Below, piece by piece: positions 1 to 10,028 of a stretch of 64,000 bases of DNA; within the stretch, counting starts at the first letter, position 1, and every line of letters starts with the position of its first letter. A program made the translations under genes and the position numbers. The stretch comes from an uncultured Alphaproteobacteria bacterium (lineage in GTDB: Bacteria > Pseudomonadota > Alphaproteobacteria > Rhodobacterales > Rhodobacteraceae), in the NCBI GenBank assembly GCA_902556405.1, contig CACDWF010000004.1, positions 19,519 through 83,518 on the forward strand, written 5' to 3'. The notes below the pieces were generated by a model, which was given only the letters and a program-made list of their open reading frames with translations, did not search any database and had not been told where the DNA came from.

Positions 1-828
1 AACGGCCAGTCAGTTAAAATAGTTACTGCAAGTGGTCAAAAGCCCAGCGCAAGTTGGGAAGAAATGGTCGTGACTGGTCGCGCTAAAGCAGCAATAAGAA
101 AAAGTATAAGAGAAGAAAGAAGAAGTGAAAACATCAAATTAGGAAAAGAGATCGCAAGGGTTTCTTTAGAGAGAATAGGAAAAAAACTTACTGATAATGC
201 AATAAAAATAGCGGCTGAAAAATTAGGGTTAAAGGATGAGGATAGTGTTTTAGCAGCATTGGGGTCGGTACAATTTACTGGCTTTGATTTAGTTAATAGC
301 CTTTACCCAGAGTTAATTAATACAAAAAGTGCGCCTCTTTCATCTGAACAAGATTCGATCAACTTCATCGGTTTATCTCCCGACAGTAATGGAAGCCCAG
401 CACCCTGTTGTTTACCCATCCCAGGGGACCCAATAGTGGGAATTGCGAAAAAAAAGAAAGGGGTAGTCGTGCATGCTATTGACTGCGCAGCATTAGCTTC
501 TTTTGAAGCAAAGCCTAATCTCTGGTTGGAAGTAAGGTGGCCGCTAAGTTCAAATAAGCCAGTGCACTCGACTAGTATCGAAGTAACTATGGTTAATAGT
601 GTAGGTGTTTTAGGAAGAATCTGTACCTTGATAGGTGAACAAGGAGCAAATATTTCTGACTTAACCTTTGTGATGAGGAAGCCTGATTTTTACAAAACAG
701 TATTTGAGTTAACTGTTAGAGACTTGAAGCATTTACATAATATTATTACATCTATTCAAGTAGATATGGATGTCTCGGAGGCATCTAGATATAGGACGAA
801 TGAATTTAAAGTTAATCAAATTAAATAA
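1..828 (+). CDS. spoT: RelA/SpoT-family (p)ppGpp synthetase/hydrolase, C-terminal part (5' end lies upstream of the window)
   Basis: Frame 1 is open from nt 1 (NGQSVKIVTASGQKPSASWEEMVVTGRAKAAIRK...), so the M at 64 is internal. The C-terminal regulatory (ACT-like) region resembles Rsh proteins. It sits upstream of pdxJ-acpS-lepB-rnc-era, as in many alphaproteobacteria. Confidence 0.8.
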   Translation, partial: NGQSVKIVTASGQKPSASWEEMVVTGRAKAAIRKSIREERRSENIKLGKEIARVSLERIGKKLTDNAIKIAAEKLGLKDEDSVLAALGSVQFTGFDLVNSLYPELINTKSAPLSSEQDSINFIGLSPDSNGSPAPCCLPIPGDPIVGIAKKKKGVVVHAIDCAALASFEAKPNLWLEVRWPLSSNKPVHSTSIEVTMVNSVGVLGRICTLIGEQGANISDLTFVMRKPDFYKTVFELTVRDLKHLHNIITSIQVDMDVSEASRYRTNEFKVNQIK

Positions 829-839
829 CGAGACGAGAA

Positions 840-1478
840 TTGTTCAAAAGAAGAGAAAGAAGATCCATTTTTAGGTTTTTTTATGAGGTAATCTTTTCAT
901 TAAAAGGTATTTCCAGGGCAATAGGGTATGTTGGGATAAGGTTAAAGAGAATACCTGACACACCCCATAAAATCTCTTTAGGTATGAGCTGTGGAATATT
1001 CGCTTCATTTACTCCCCTTTTTGGCCTGCATTTTCTCATTGCTGGCTTGCTAAGCTATGTGCTTAGAGCGAACGTATTAGCTTCGTTGATAGGAACTTTC
1101 ATAGGAAATCCAATAACATTCCCAATAATCACAGTGTTTAATTTAAAGCTTGGAGAGTGGATTCTAGGTAGCAATGAGTATTCAAGTGGTGATGGTGGAA
1201 AGATTTTCGAAGGTTTTTTAGATTTCATTTTTTTGATATATAAAAGTTTATTTACAGAAGGATCAATTGGTGAAAATAGTGTCCCGAGAATGAATGAATT
1301 CCTATATGGCGTTTTTATACCATATTCATTAGGTGGATTAATTTTGGGAATTTCAGTTGCTATAATATCTTATTTTTTGCTAAGACCTCTTGTTTCAACT
1401 TATAAAAAGAAGAGAGTCTCTCTCAAAGCAAGAAGGTTAAAGAAAAAATTGATGAGGAAAAGAAATGAAGTTAGATGA
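840..1478 (+). CDS. DUF2062-family membrane protein
   Basis: TTG start. Basic N-terminus, then several hydrophobic helices (GMSCGIFASFTPLFGLHFLIAGLL...GNPITFPII) typical of DUF2062. The 3' end overlaps the pdxJ start. Confidence 0.65.
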   Translation: MFKRRERRSIFRFFYEVIFSLKGISRAIGYVGIRLKRIPDTPHKISLGMSCGIFASFTPLFGLHFLIAGLLSYVLRANVLASLIGTFIGNPITFPIITVFNLKLGEWILGSNEYSSGDGGKIFEGFLDFIFLIYKSLFTEGSIGENSVPRMNEFLYGVFIPYSLGGLILGISVAIISYFLLRPLVSTYKKKRVSLKARRLKKKLMRKRNEVR

Positions 1479-2208
1479 AATCCGACTAGGTGTAAACATT
1501 GACCATGTTGCAACGGTAAGAAATGCTAGAGGTACAAACTATCCCGATCCGCTAAAAGCAGCAAAAATTGTAAAAGAAGCTGGAGGAGATGGAATCACAG
1601 CCCATTTGAGGGAAGATCGAAGGCATATAGTTGATCAAGACATAATAAGGCTAAAAAAACAAAATGTTCTTCCCTTGAACTTAGAAATGGCGGTTACTTC
1701 TGAGATGCAAAAGATTGCTTTAGATGTTCTTCCGAATGCCATTTGTTTGGTCCCTGAAAAAAGAGAAGAACGTACAACTGAAGGTGGTTTAGACCTTCTT
1801 AGTAGTATTCCTAGGCTTAGGTCATTCATAGAGCCTATAAAGAAAAAAGATATTCGAGTATCTCTATTTATAGAACCGAGCGAAGAACAAATTAACGCCG
1901 CAAAAATTATTGGTGCTGATATTATAGAACTCCATACTGGGCATTTTTGTGACCTATTCGAAAAAAAAGATCAAGGATATATAGAGGTTATCAAAACTTT
2001 AGAAAAAGCTGCTATTTACGCTCACAAATTAGGCTTGGAAGTGCATGCAGGTCATGGACTTACAACAAGTTCTGTTGGGCATATAAGTAAAATCCAGCAA
2101 ATAAAAGAATTTAATATAGGGCACTCAATAATTAGCGACAGCATCTTTTTGGGACTTAGGGGAGCCATTGAGTTAATGAAACAAAAAATAAAAGAATCCA
2201 GGTTTTAG
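1465..2208 (+). CDS. pdxJ: Pyridoxine 5'-phosphate synthase
   Basis: N-terminus RLGVNIDHVATVRNARG plus HLREDRRHI and ELHTG motifs characteristic of PdxJ; length 247 aa. Confidence 0.9.
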   Translation: MKLDEIRLGVNIDHVATVRNARGTNYPDPLKAAKIVKEAGGDGITAHLREDRRHIVDQDIIRLKKQNVLPLNLEMAVTSEMQKIALDVLPNAICLVPEKREERTTEGGLDLLSSIPRLRSFIEPIKKKDIRVSLFIEPSEEQINAAKIIGADIIELHTGHFCDLFEKKDQGYIEVIKTLEKAAIYAHKLGLEVHAGHGLTTSSVGHISKIQQIKEFNIGHSIISDSIFLGLRGAIELMKQKIKESRF

Positions 2209-2219
2209 AGGGCATTAGA

Positions 2220-2618
2220 TTGATTTTAGGTATTGGTACCGATCTCGTAAATATTGAAAGAGTTAGAAAAGTACTTGATCGCTTTGGAGAACGCTTTGAA
2301 AATAGAGTTTTTTCTAAAATAGAAATCCAAAGATCAAGAAGAAAATATGACCCATCATCTTCCTACGCAAAACGATGGGCGGCTAAAGAAGCCTGTTCTA
2401 AAGCATTGGGAATAGGTTTGAGGATGGGTATATCATGGAAAGAGATGCATATAGTAAATCTTCAATCAGGGAAACCAAAGCTACTAATAGAAGGAAAAGC
2501 AAAAGATTTGCTTAAAGAGATGACGCCATCAGGTCATAGCCCAAAAATAAACGTGAGTTTGACAGACGACCACCCATGGGCAAAGGCCATCGTCATCATT
2601 GAGGGAATTACTCAATAA
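2220..2618 (+). CDS. acpS: Holo-[acyl-carrier-protein] synthase
   Basis: ILGIGTDLVNIERV start and WAAKEACSKALG motif; 132 aa; conserved position between pdxJ and lepB. Confidence 0.85.
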   Translation: MILGIGTDLVNIERVRKVLDRFGERFENRVFSKIEIQRSRRKYDPSSSYAKRWAAKEACSKALGIGLRMGISWKEMHIVNLQSGKPKLLIEGKAKDLLKEMTPSGHSPKINVSLTDDHPWAKAIVIIEGITQ

Positions 2619-2666
2619 TAATATGCGTAGAATTGCGCGGATTAAACAAATTGGATATAACAAGTT

Positions 2667-3452
2667 ATGAAACAAAAAATAAAAAAAAATCCGATATATG
2701 AACTTATTAATACTTTAATAATTGCATTAGTTTTAGCAGGTTTAATCCGAACAATATTGTTTCAACCATTCTGGATCCCGACTGGCTCAATGAAGCCAAG
2801 TCTACTTGTTGGCGATTTTTTATTTGTTAATAAGTTTTCTTATGGGTTCTCGCGTTACTCTTGCCCATTTTCAATATGTCCAATCAGTGGTAGGATATTC
2901 TTCACTGAACCTAAGAGGGGTGACGTTGTCGTATTTAGACACCCAAAAAGTGGTAAAGACTATATTAAACGAGTTATTGGTCTCCCAGGAGACAAGGTTA
3001 GGTTGTTAAAAGGTAAATTATTCATCAACGAATCTATGCTAGTTAGGGAAGGATTGCCTGATTTTATAGAAGCAAAGTCAGAACAAGGATCAATGAAAAC
3101 AGTTCCACAATGTGCTAACGAACCTGTTCCCTTTGGAAACAAAAATTGTATTAAGTATCAAAGTTTAGAAAAGCTGGAAAATGGTAAAAGCTATAAAATT
3201 TTAGACCTAGGGCAAAACATTGGCGATGATACCCCGGATTTTATAATTGGGAAGGATGAATATTTTTTTCTTGGAGATAATAGAGATAATTCTTTGGATA
3301 GCAGGTTTGATAGACAATTCGGTGGAGTAGGCTTGGTTCCTAAAGAATATCTGATTGGTAAAGCATCATTGATCTTATTCTCGTCCAGCGGCAGTTCTAT
3401 ATTCTATTTTTGGTCTTGGAGAAAAGATCGTTTCTTTAAGGTCATTAGGTGA
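2667..3452 (+). CDS. lepB: Signal peptidase I
   Basis: N-terminal TM helix, catalytic Ser box GSMKPSL, Lys box YIKRVIGLPGD, and GDNRDNSLDSR box. Confidence 0.9.
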   Translation: MKQKIKKNPIYELINTLIIALVLAGLIRTILFQPFWIPTGSMKPSLLVGDFLFVNKFSYGFSRYSCPFSICPISGRIFFTEPKRGDVVVFRHPKSGKDYIKRVIGLPGDKVRLLKGKLFINESMLVREGLPDFIEAKSEQGSMKTVPQCANEPVPFGNKNCIKYQSLEKLENGKSYKILDLGQNIGDDTPDFIIGKDEYFFLGDNRDNSLDSRFDRQFGGVGLVPKEYLIGKASLILFSSSGSSIFYFWSWRKDRFFKVIR

Positions 3453-4138
3453 AAAATACTCATCATCAGAAAGAAATTAGTAAGTTATTAGACTATCAGT
3501 TTAAAAACAATAGGCTTTTAGAAGAAGCACTAACTCACGCCTCCGCTAGAAAATCTAGCAAAGTGAATAATGAAAGATTAGAGTTCCTAGGTGATAGAGT
3601 TCTCGGTTTAGTTATTGCAGAAGAGTTATTGAGAAAGAATCCGAATTCAACTGAAGGTGAAATTGCAACTTATTACAATTCTCTAGTTAAGAAAGAGACA
3701 TGTTCATTCATAGCAAAAGAAATTGGGTTAGAAAATTTATTAACTTTAGGTAAGTCCGTAAAACGTACTAATGACCGTCAAAAAGATAAGATTTTAGGAA
3801 ATGCCGTAGAGGCATTGATTGGTGCTATCTTTTTAGACGCAGGCTTTGAAATCTCTAAACAGTTAGTTCTTAAGGTGTGGAGAAAGCAGATAGAAATTGT
3901 CAGAGATATAGAAGCACATGCGAAAACTGCGCTGCAGGAATTTTTACAGTCTAAAGGGCAAGAGCCACCGACATATAAACAAATATCTAGAACTGGGCCT
4001 GACCATGACCCTGATTTTTGTGTTGAAGTTGTATTGGGTTCAGGATTGAACGCAATAGGGAGTGGCTCGACAAAAAGAATGGCAGAAACAAAAGCAGCAG
4101 AACAAATTTTGGAAAAAATTAAAAATATTAATGAGTGA
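3449..4138 (+). CDS. rnc: Ribonuclease III
   Basis: RNase III signature NERLEFLGDRVLG and a C-terminal dsRBD (GPDHDPDF...GSGSTKRMAE). Overlaps the lepB stop by 4 nt. Confidence 0.9.
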   Translation: MKNTHHQKEISKLLDYQFKNNRLLEEALTHASARKSSKVNNERLEFLGDRVLGLVIAEELLRKNPNSTEGEIATYYNSLVKKETCSFIAKEIGLENLLTLGKSVKRTNDRQKDKILGNAVEALIGAIFLDAGFEISKQLVLKVWRKQIEIVRDIEAHAKTALQEFLQSKGQEPPTYKQISRTGPDHDPDFCVEVVLGSGLNAIGSGSTKRMAETKAAEQILEKIKNINE

Positions 4139-4988
4139 TCTTCAAAAAAAGCTACTTAAAGCACTAATCGTTGGAAAGCCTAATGTTGGTAAAAGTACTT
4201 TGCTAAACTTTCTTGTTGGAGAAAAGGTCTCTATTGTCTCTCGAAAAGCGCAGACCACCCAAAAGAATACCACTGGAGTTATAACCAAAGATGATAGCCA
4301 GCTAATATTCTTTGATACCCCTGGGTTAAATAAAATAGAAAAGAATATTAGAATATCTGAAAATTTTAAAGCAGTTGCAGAAAATGTAGATGTACTTTTT
4401 TACATGGTTGATAATAGAAAAAAAAGCCATTCTATAGATGACCACTTTAGCAACTGGCTAGATAAAGACCAGAGTAGATTTAAAAAAAAGATTTTAATTG
4501 TCAATAAGATCGACTGTATTGAAAAGGTAAAGCTTTTTGAAATCACAAAGACCATAAATGGCATTATTAATTTTGATGAAACGTTCTTCATTTCTCTGCG
4601 CAAAAAGTCGGGCTTAGAAAGCTTTTATAAATGGATAGAAAAACAGGCATATTCAAATGATTGGGTGTTTCAAAAACGCTACAAAAGCAATGTAGGTAAG
4701 AAGATGTTTTTATCGGAGCTAACAAGAGAAAAGATCTTCGAGTATATACATGAAGAAATACCTTATAATTTGGAAGTCAAGACTGAATATATTGAGCCAA
4801 CTAATAGGAAATCGCTGAAGATTTATCAAACTGTTTGGCTAAACAAAAAAAGCTATAAACCGATAATTTTGGGAAAAGGAGGCAAGTCAATAAAAACGAT
4901 ATCGGTACAAGCAAGACAAGATATGGAGAGATTTCTGAAGAGTGAAGTTCACCTTTTTATAAGACTGAAGATTAAAAAATCAGGTTAA
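4131..4988 (+). CDS. era: GTPase Era
   Basis: G1 GKPNVGKS, G3 DTPG, G4 NKID, and a C-terminal KH domain. I moved the start to the ATG at 4131 (ATGAGTGA overlap with the rnc stop). The track ORF from 4062 would run 77 nt into rnc. Confidence 0.85.
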   Translation: MSDLQKKLLKALIVGKPNVGKSTLLNFLVGEKVSIVSRKAQTTQKNTTGVITKDDSQLIFFDTPGLNKIEKNIRISENFKAVAENVDVLFYMVDNRKKSHSIDDHFSNWLDKDQSRFKKKILIVNKIDCIEKVKLFEITKTINGIINFDETFFISLRKKSGLESFYKWIEKQAYSNDWVFQKRYKSNVGKKMFLSELTREKIFEYIHEEIPYNLEVKTEYIEPTNRKSLKIYQTVWLNKKSYKPIILGKGGKSIKTISVQARQDMERFLKSEVHLFIRLKIKKSG

Positions 4989-4995
4989 GAATAAA

Positions 4996-5322
4996 ATGGA
5001 TTTAAAAGCAAAGATGATTGTGGACTCAATTCGTTGGAGTTTAGAGCGACAGGGAATTCCAGTCTATATTGAGCATAAAGGTGATAGTAATGCTGGTGCA
5101 ATTTTTATTGCACATGACAAAGGTCTCGGCTTATACGATGTCTATCATAGAGTTTTTGATTATCTAAAGGGAAAAAGAATTAAATATTTAGACACATTCA
5201 CTGAAGAAAGGTTAAAAGAGTTTTTTAAAAAACAAATCGATATCGACGCTGACTTATGGCTTATTGAAATCGTTTCAAAAGAGGTTGACTTAAATGACCT
5301 TTTTTTAAAGCAAGGCCTCTGA
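4996..5322 (+). CDS. DUF1491-family protein
   Basis: 108 aa. Pattern KG(D)xxAGAIFI...DxDLWLIE resembles DUF1491, which I recall lying between era and recO in alphaproteobacteria. Confidence 0.55.
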   Translation: MDLKAKMIVDSIRWSLERQGIPVYIEHKGDSNAGAIFIAHDKGLGLYDVYHRVFDYLKGKRIKYLDTFTEERLKEFFKKQIDIDADLWLIEIVSKEVDLNDLFLKQGL

Positions 5323-5324
5323 AA

Positions 5325-6059
5325 GTGCGTTGGCAAGGGGAAGGGTTACTTTTAGCCGTGAGGAAGTATGGTGAATCCTCAGCTTTATTAGATGTGTTCA
5401 CAATGAATTTAGGTCGAAGAGCCGGTTTGCTTAGAGGTGTATTCAATAAACAGAATAAATCTGTTATTCAACCAGGTAACCAACTTTTTTTAACATGGAA
5501 TTCAAGAATTGAAGAGAGCCTTGGTTCCTTTAAGGTCGAATTGATTAAATCTAGATACCATAAGATTAGCGAGCAGAGAATTGGATTGGAGATTTTTAAT
5601 CTAATTTGTGTTCTTTGCTCAACATTTCTTCCTGAAAGAGTTGATTTCGAAGAGCTATATCATAAAACAATCATGATTATTGAGGGAGAACACAGTAAAA
5701 AAGAAAAATTACAAAAATACATAGAATGGGAGCTACAATTATTAAAAAGTCTAGGTTTTGGACTTGATTTAGAAAAGTGTATCGTGAGTGGTTCAAAAAA
5801 AGACTTGAAGTTTGTGTCTCCTAAGAGTGGTTGTGCTGTTTCGAGAAACTCAAGTGTTGGTTGGGAAAAAAAATTGTTAATTCTCCCAGATTTTTTGTGT
5901 GGCAAGGTGTTGCCAGAAATCGCATCCGAAGCTGATTTAGAAAATGGCTTTAAACTAACTGAATTCTTTATTAAGAAAAATCTTCAACCTGTAAAGCAGT
6001 TTCAGTTGGACCTATTCTTTAGATCAAGAAACAGGCTTCTGTTGCACGATTCAATTTAA
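5325..6059 (+). CDS. recO: DNA repair protein RecO
   Basis: GTG start. N-terminal OB-fold region (GLLLAVRKYGESSALLDVFT) and typical length and position after era. Confidence 0.8.
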   Translation: MRWQGEGLLLAVRKYGESSALLDVFTMNLGRRAGLLRGVFNKQNKSVIQPGNQLFLTWNSRIEESLGSFKVELIKSRYHKISEQRIGLEIFNLICVLCSTFLPERVDFEELYHKTIMIIEGEHSKKEKLQKYIEWELQLLKSLGFGLDLEKCIVSGSKKDLKFVSPKSGCAVSRNSSVGWEKKLLILPDFLCGKVLPEIASEADLENGFKLTEFFIKKNLQPVKQFQLDLFFRSRNRLLLHDSI

Positions 6060-7732
6060 CTTAAAATGCGTTTTGCAATTACCTGAGCTTGTATTTCTGC
6101 AGCGCCCTCAAAAATGTTAAGTATTCGAGCGTCACAAAGTACACGGCTTATGGGGTATTCGAGAGCAAATCCATTACCTCCATGTATTTGCAGGGAACTA
6201 TCAGCTGCTGCCCATGCTATCCGAGCCGCTAACAATTTCGCCATTCCTGCTTCTAAATCACATCTTTTCCCATTGTCTTTTGTTCTTGCAGAGAAATATG
6301 TCAGTTGCTTAGCAACCATAATTTCAACGGCCATATTTACTAATTTATCTCTAACGCGTGGAAAGTTGATAATGCTCTGGCCGAATTGAACTCTCTCAAA
6401 AGCGTATTTTAGCCCCAAGTCAAAGGCATTTTTCGCTACTCCGATTGCTCGTGCTGCTGTTTGAATACGAGCGCTTTCGAATGTTTCCATAAGTTGTGTA
6501 AAACCTTTTCCTTCCTCTTCGCCAAGTAGGTTCTTTTTATCAACCCTAAAATTATCAAAACTAAGCTCATACTCCTTCATGCCTCTGTACCCAAGAACTT
6601 CGATTTCTCCACCCTTGATGCCTTCATCAGGAAAATCGTTGTTATCATTTCCAGGTGATTTAGGTGCTAGAAACATCGATAGGCCTTTATAACCAACTTT
6701 GTTTCTGTCTGAGCGAGCTAATAAGGTCATTAGGTTAGCTCTAGAAGCGTGTGTTATCCATGTTTTATTTCCTGTAATACCATATTCTTCTCCACGCAGA
6801 ACTGCACGGGTCTGCAAGTTCCCGAGGTCTGATCCTGTGTTTGGTTCTGTGAAAACTGCTGTAGGCATAATTTCACCAGAAGATATTTTCGGTAACCAAT
6901 ACTCTTTCTGTTCTTTGGTACCCCCGCAAAGGATTAATTCAGATGCTATGTCGGTCCTGGTTGCGAGGCTTCCAACACCAATGTATCCTCGGGATAATTC
7001 TTCAGACACCACACACATTGTTATTTTATCGAGCCCTGTTCCTCCAAACTCTTCCGGTATAGTTAGACCAAACACACCTAAGTTAGCAAGTTCTTCTATT
7101 ACCTTTAATGGTATTAGTTCATCTTTCATATGCCAGTCGTGTGCAAATGGCTCTATTTTTTCTTTAGAAAATCTATGGAACTCTTGTCTAATCATTCTCT
7201 GATCTTCATTTAGACCGTCGTTACCAATAAAAGATGTGCCTTCATTTTGTATAATCAGATCAATTAATTCCGACCTTAGCTGATCAGCACCAACTTCATC
7301 CTTAAAGTATAAAACCTCCTCACAATTAAGCTTATCAAGCGCCAATTTTTTAGAGTCAAGGTCAACGGGTCTTATGATTTCACCTTGAGACATAATTATT
7401 CCACCGAAAATTTGGTTTATGTACTCGTTAAAACTCAAAATTAGTATTATGCGTTCCGTCTTGCCAAAGCTTCCGTTTTTTAAAAGTCGATCTGCCCAAA
7501 GGGACATTTGCTTAAGGGACTCCACATATGTTGCTACCCATGCTAACCCATGTAATTTACTTTGATACTTGTCGTCTTTTTGATTGCTTAAATTACGCTT
7601 AGTTATAGCTTTTAACTTATCTAGATACTCACCTAAACGAAGGGCAACTATTTGTGATCTTTTTATTACCTCCCTATCATTTAATAGAGCGTCTTTCTTT
7701 ATCTTATTACGGACTGGTGTAGATATATTCAA
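6056..7732 (-). CDS. Acyl-CoA dehydrogenase family protein with a ~170-aa N-terminal extension
   Basis: The C-terminal ~385 aa carry the ACAD fold (TEPNTGSD, QIHGGNGF, IFEGAAEIQ). The N-terminal third has no motif I recognise. Confidence 0.8.
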   Translation of the reverse strand: MNISTPVRNKIKKDALLNDREVIKRSQIVALRLGEYLDKLKAITKRNLSNQKDDKYQSKLHGLAWVATYVESLKQMSLWADRLLKNGSFGKTERIILILSFNEYINQIFGGIIMSQGEIIRPVDLDSKKLALDKLNCEEVLYFKDEVGADQLRSELIDLIIQNEGTSFIGNDGLNEDQRMIRQEFHRFSKEKIEPFAHDWHMKDELIPLKVIEELANLGVFGLTIPEEFGGTGLDKITMCVVSEELSRGYIGVGSLATRTDIASELILCGGTKEQKEYWLPKISSGEIMPTAVFTEPNTGSDLGNLQTRAVLRGEEYGITGNKTWITHASRANLMTLLARSDRNKVGYKGLSMFLAPKSPGNDNNDFPDEGIKGGEIEVLGYRGMKEYELSFDNFRVDKKNLLGEEEGKGFTQLMETFESARIQTAARAIGVAKNAFDLGLKYAFERVQFGQSIINFPRVRDKLVNMAVEIMVAKQLTYFSARTKDNGKRCDLEAGMAKLLAARIAWAAADSSLQIHGGNGFALEYPISRVLCDARILNIFEGAAEIQAQVIAKRILS

Positions 7733-7795
7733 TGCGATTTCTCCCTAGCTACCCTAATGTTATATGTTAGGTTTGGCCAAAAATTCAAATTAAAT

Positions 7796-8494
7796 TTATA
7801 TAAAAATTTTGCCATTATCATCATTATTTTTAGTTTCAGTTTTTTCAAGGCACAAGTAATTTCCTTCATATATTCTTAATGCTGTTATAAAGAGAACCAT
7901 AGAGTCTAAGACATCATCAATCTTCGTTGTAGAGTTATTATCTAAATGTAAGTCCACTGATAGGGGATCTAAACCTGCTTTGTTTAAGAGATCTAATCTT
8001 TCGAAAATGCCTGATACTGACTTTTTTTTTGCCTTTAGAGCTTCATTTTTAAGCATTTTGAAGCTGCACTCGGGATGTCCCTCATAAATGTTATTAGATA
8101 ATTTAGCTAGCTCGCGAACCTCACAAATTTTATTTTTAAGGTACCAAGATTGCTTTGATAATCCCTTCCCCGCAATTTTTTTACTTAACTTATTTGCATC
8201 CTGATAAGTTGTGCATTCTAGGATACTCTTTAACGGAGGAATGAATATCGACGAGTGAAAATTTTTTCCCAGATATTTCTTTGCCAAAATATCACATTTT
8301 CTTAAGTAGTTCTTTTTATTCAATTCGATTGGCATATCTATCACAATTACACTCTCCGGATAAAGTGAAAGAAGATCACCGAGTTCTTCAAAAAATTTTA
8401 TACTAGATAAATACCTATTTTTTGACTTACCTATTGATGCAATCCAGCCAGATGAGGTCCCGTCAACTCCGATTAGATCGGTAGATTTAGTCAT
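7796..8494 (-). CDS. DUF429-family protein (predicted RNase H-like fold)
   Basis: IGVDGTSSGW start, IDMPI, RKCD..AKKYLG...SSIF.PP, HPECSF and DDVLDS pattern match my recollection of DUF429. The start overlaps the pckA stop (ATGACTAA). Confidence 0.5.
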   Translation of the reverse strand: MTKSTDLIGVDGTSSGWIASIGKSKNRYLSSIKFFEELGDLLSLYPESVIVIDMPIELNKKNYLRKCDILAKKYLGKNFHSSIFIPPLKSILECTTYQDANKLSKKIAGKGLSKQSWYLKNKICEVRELAKLSNNIYEGHPECSFKMLKNEALKAKKKSVSGIFERLDLLNKAGLDPLSVDLHLDNNSTTKIDDVLDSMVLFITALRIYEGNYLCLEKTETKNNDDNGKIFI

Positions 8495-10028
8495 TTTTTA
8501 AGTGGTGGTAAACGCCATCTATCTTTTCATTAATTGAGGAAAACTGGTGAAAATTTCTTATAAACATTGACTTTAATTTAACTGCTGACTTATCGTAATC
8601 ACTCCCGCTCGTCCAATTTGCCCTCGGGTCCAGTAAGTTTTTTGGGACGTCATCTATTTCAATAGGAACAGAAAAATTGAAAAACTGGTCTGTTCGCGTC
8701 CGGAAATCTGCTTTATTGCTTAAAATAAACTTTAGAATTTTTCGAGTTAACTCTATTGATATTCTTTTTCCTTTTCCATAGCTGCCGCCACTCCATCCTG
8801 TATTTAGCAACCAACACACGGGCTCCGCATTATTAATCTTATCCCACAAAAGTTGCCCATAAACTTCTGGTTTTTGGGGCATGAATGGTGCTCCAAAACA
8901 AGTTGAGAAAGTGGGAACGGGTTCCTTTATTCCATCCTCAGTTCCTGCTACCTTTGATGTGAAACCAGAAAGAAAATAGAAAACTGCTTCGGCTGGGGTA
9001 AGCCTAGCAACGGGTGGTAGCACGCCGAAAGCATCACAAGTTAAGAGAATTATATTTTTTGGAATTCCACCATATCCAGATTTTGACGAATTTTTGATAT
9101 AAGAAATCGGATAAGCGCATCTCATATTTTCTGTAATGGATGAGTCTGTGAATTTTAGTGACCGATCGCTTGGTTCAAAATTCATATTTTCTATGACGGT
9201 AGAAAATTTTTCAGTAGTAGAGAAAATTTGTGGTTCATCCTCATAACTTAAATTAATCGTTTTCGCGTAACACCCTCCTTCCATATTGAATACGCCGTCT
9301 TCACTCCATCCATGTTCATCATCACCAATCAAAACTCTATCTGGGTCTGCTGAAAGAGTTGTCTTACCTGTTCCTGACAAACCAAAAAATAGCGCAACGT
9401 CATCATCATTTGTAATAGAGTGGTTTGCAGAGCAATGCATAGGCATTGTAGATCTTTCAGGAAGTAAAAAGTTTAAAAGAGTGAAAACGGACTTTTTGTT
9501 TTCACCCGCATACCCCGTACCACAAATCAAAACGAGCTTTTTTTCAAAACTTATAGCGATAGTAGTCTTCGATACACAGCCATGTCTAGTTGGATCAGAA
9601 AAAAAGGAAGGATAATTTAAAATTTTGAAATCGGGCTTAAAATTATTTAAGGACTCCGTAGATGGAACTTTTAGTAAATGTCTTATAAATAGACTGTGCC
9701 AAGCTAATTCTGTCGTTACCTCGATATTGAAAAACTCATCTGTGTTCGTTGAAGCTTGCAAAGCTTGAGAGTAACACCTTTTTCCTTCTTGGTATTTTAG
9801 CATATCCCTATGAAGTGTATCAAAATGGGCAGTCGACATAGATCGATTATTTTCCCACCAGATCTTTTCTTCCGTATTTTTTTCCCTTACGATATGTTTG
9901 TCTTTAGGAGATCTACCAGTCTTTTCCCCGGTAAATACGATCAAAGAACCCCCTTTCCCTAGCTTCCCTTCGCCATGCTTAATGGCTTCTTCTACAAGCT
10001 CAATTTCATTCAGATTTTCGTATACCAT
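8487..10028 (-). CDS. pckA: Phosphoenolpyruvate carboxykinase (ATP)
   Basis: 513 aa; kinase-1a motif FFGLSGTGKTTLSADP and LIGDDEHGW. Confidence 0.92.
   Translation of the reverse strand: MVYENLNEIELVEEAIKHGEGKLGKGGSLIVFTGEKTGRSPKDKHIVREKNTEEKIWWENNRSMSTAHFDTLHRDMLKYQEGKRCYSQALQASTNTDEFFNIEVTTELAWHSLFIRHLLKVPSTESLNNFKPDFKILNYPSFFSDPTRHGCVSKTTIAISFEKKLVLICGTGYAGENKKSVFTLLNFLLPERSTMPMHCSANHSITNDDDVALFFGLSGTGKTTLSADPDRVLIGDDEHGWSEDGVFNMEGGCYAKTINLSYEDEPQIFSTTEKFSTVIENMNFEPSDRSLKFTDSSITENMRCAYPISYIKNSSKSGYGGIPKNIILLTCDAFGVLPPVARLTPAEAVFYFLSGFTSKVAGTEDGIKEPVPTFSTCFGAPFMPQKPEVYGQLLWDKINNAEPVCWLLNTGWSGGSYGKGKRISIELTRKILKFILSNKADFRTRTDQFFNFSVPIEIDDVPKNLLDPRANWTSGSDYDKSAVKLKSMFIRNFHQFSSINEKIDGVYHHLKND

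Noticed and set aside
4062-4130. N-terminal extensions in the track for era (4062), etfA (12091), nudC (33587), gap (37769) and hdaA (45757).
   Set aside because: The extensions overlap the upstream gene or RNA, add residues not expected from the family N-termini, and an in-frame ATG with better context lies downstream. They are treated as start-codon overcalls, not as novel domains.
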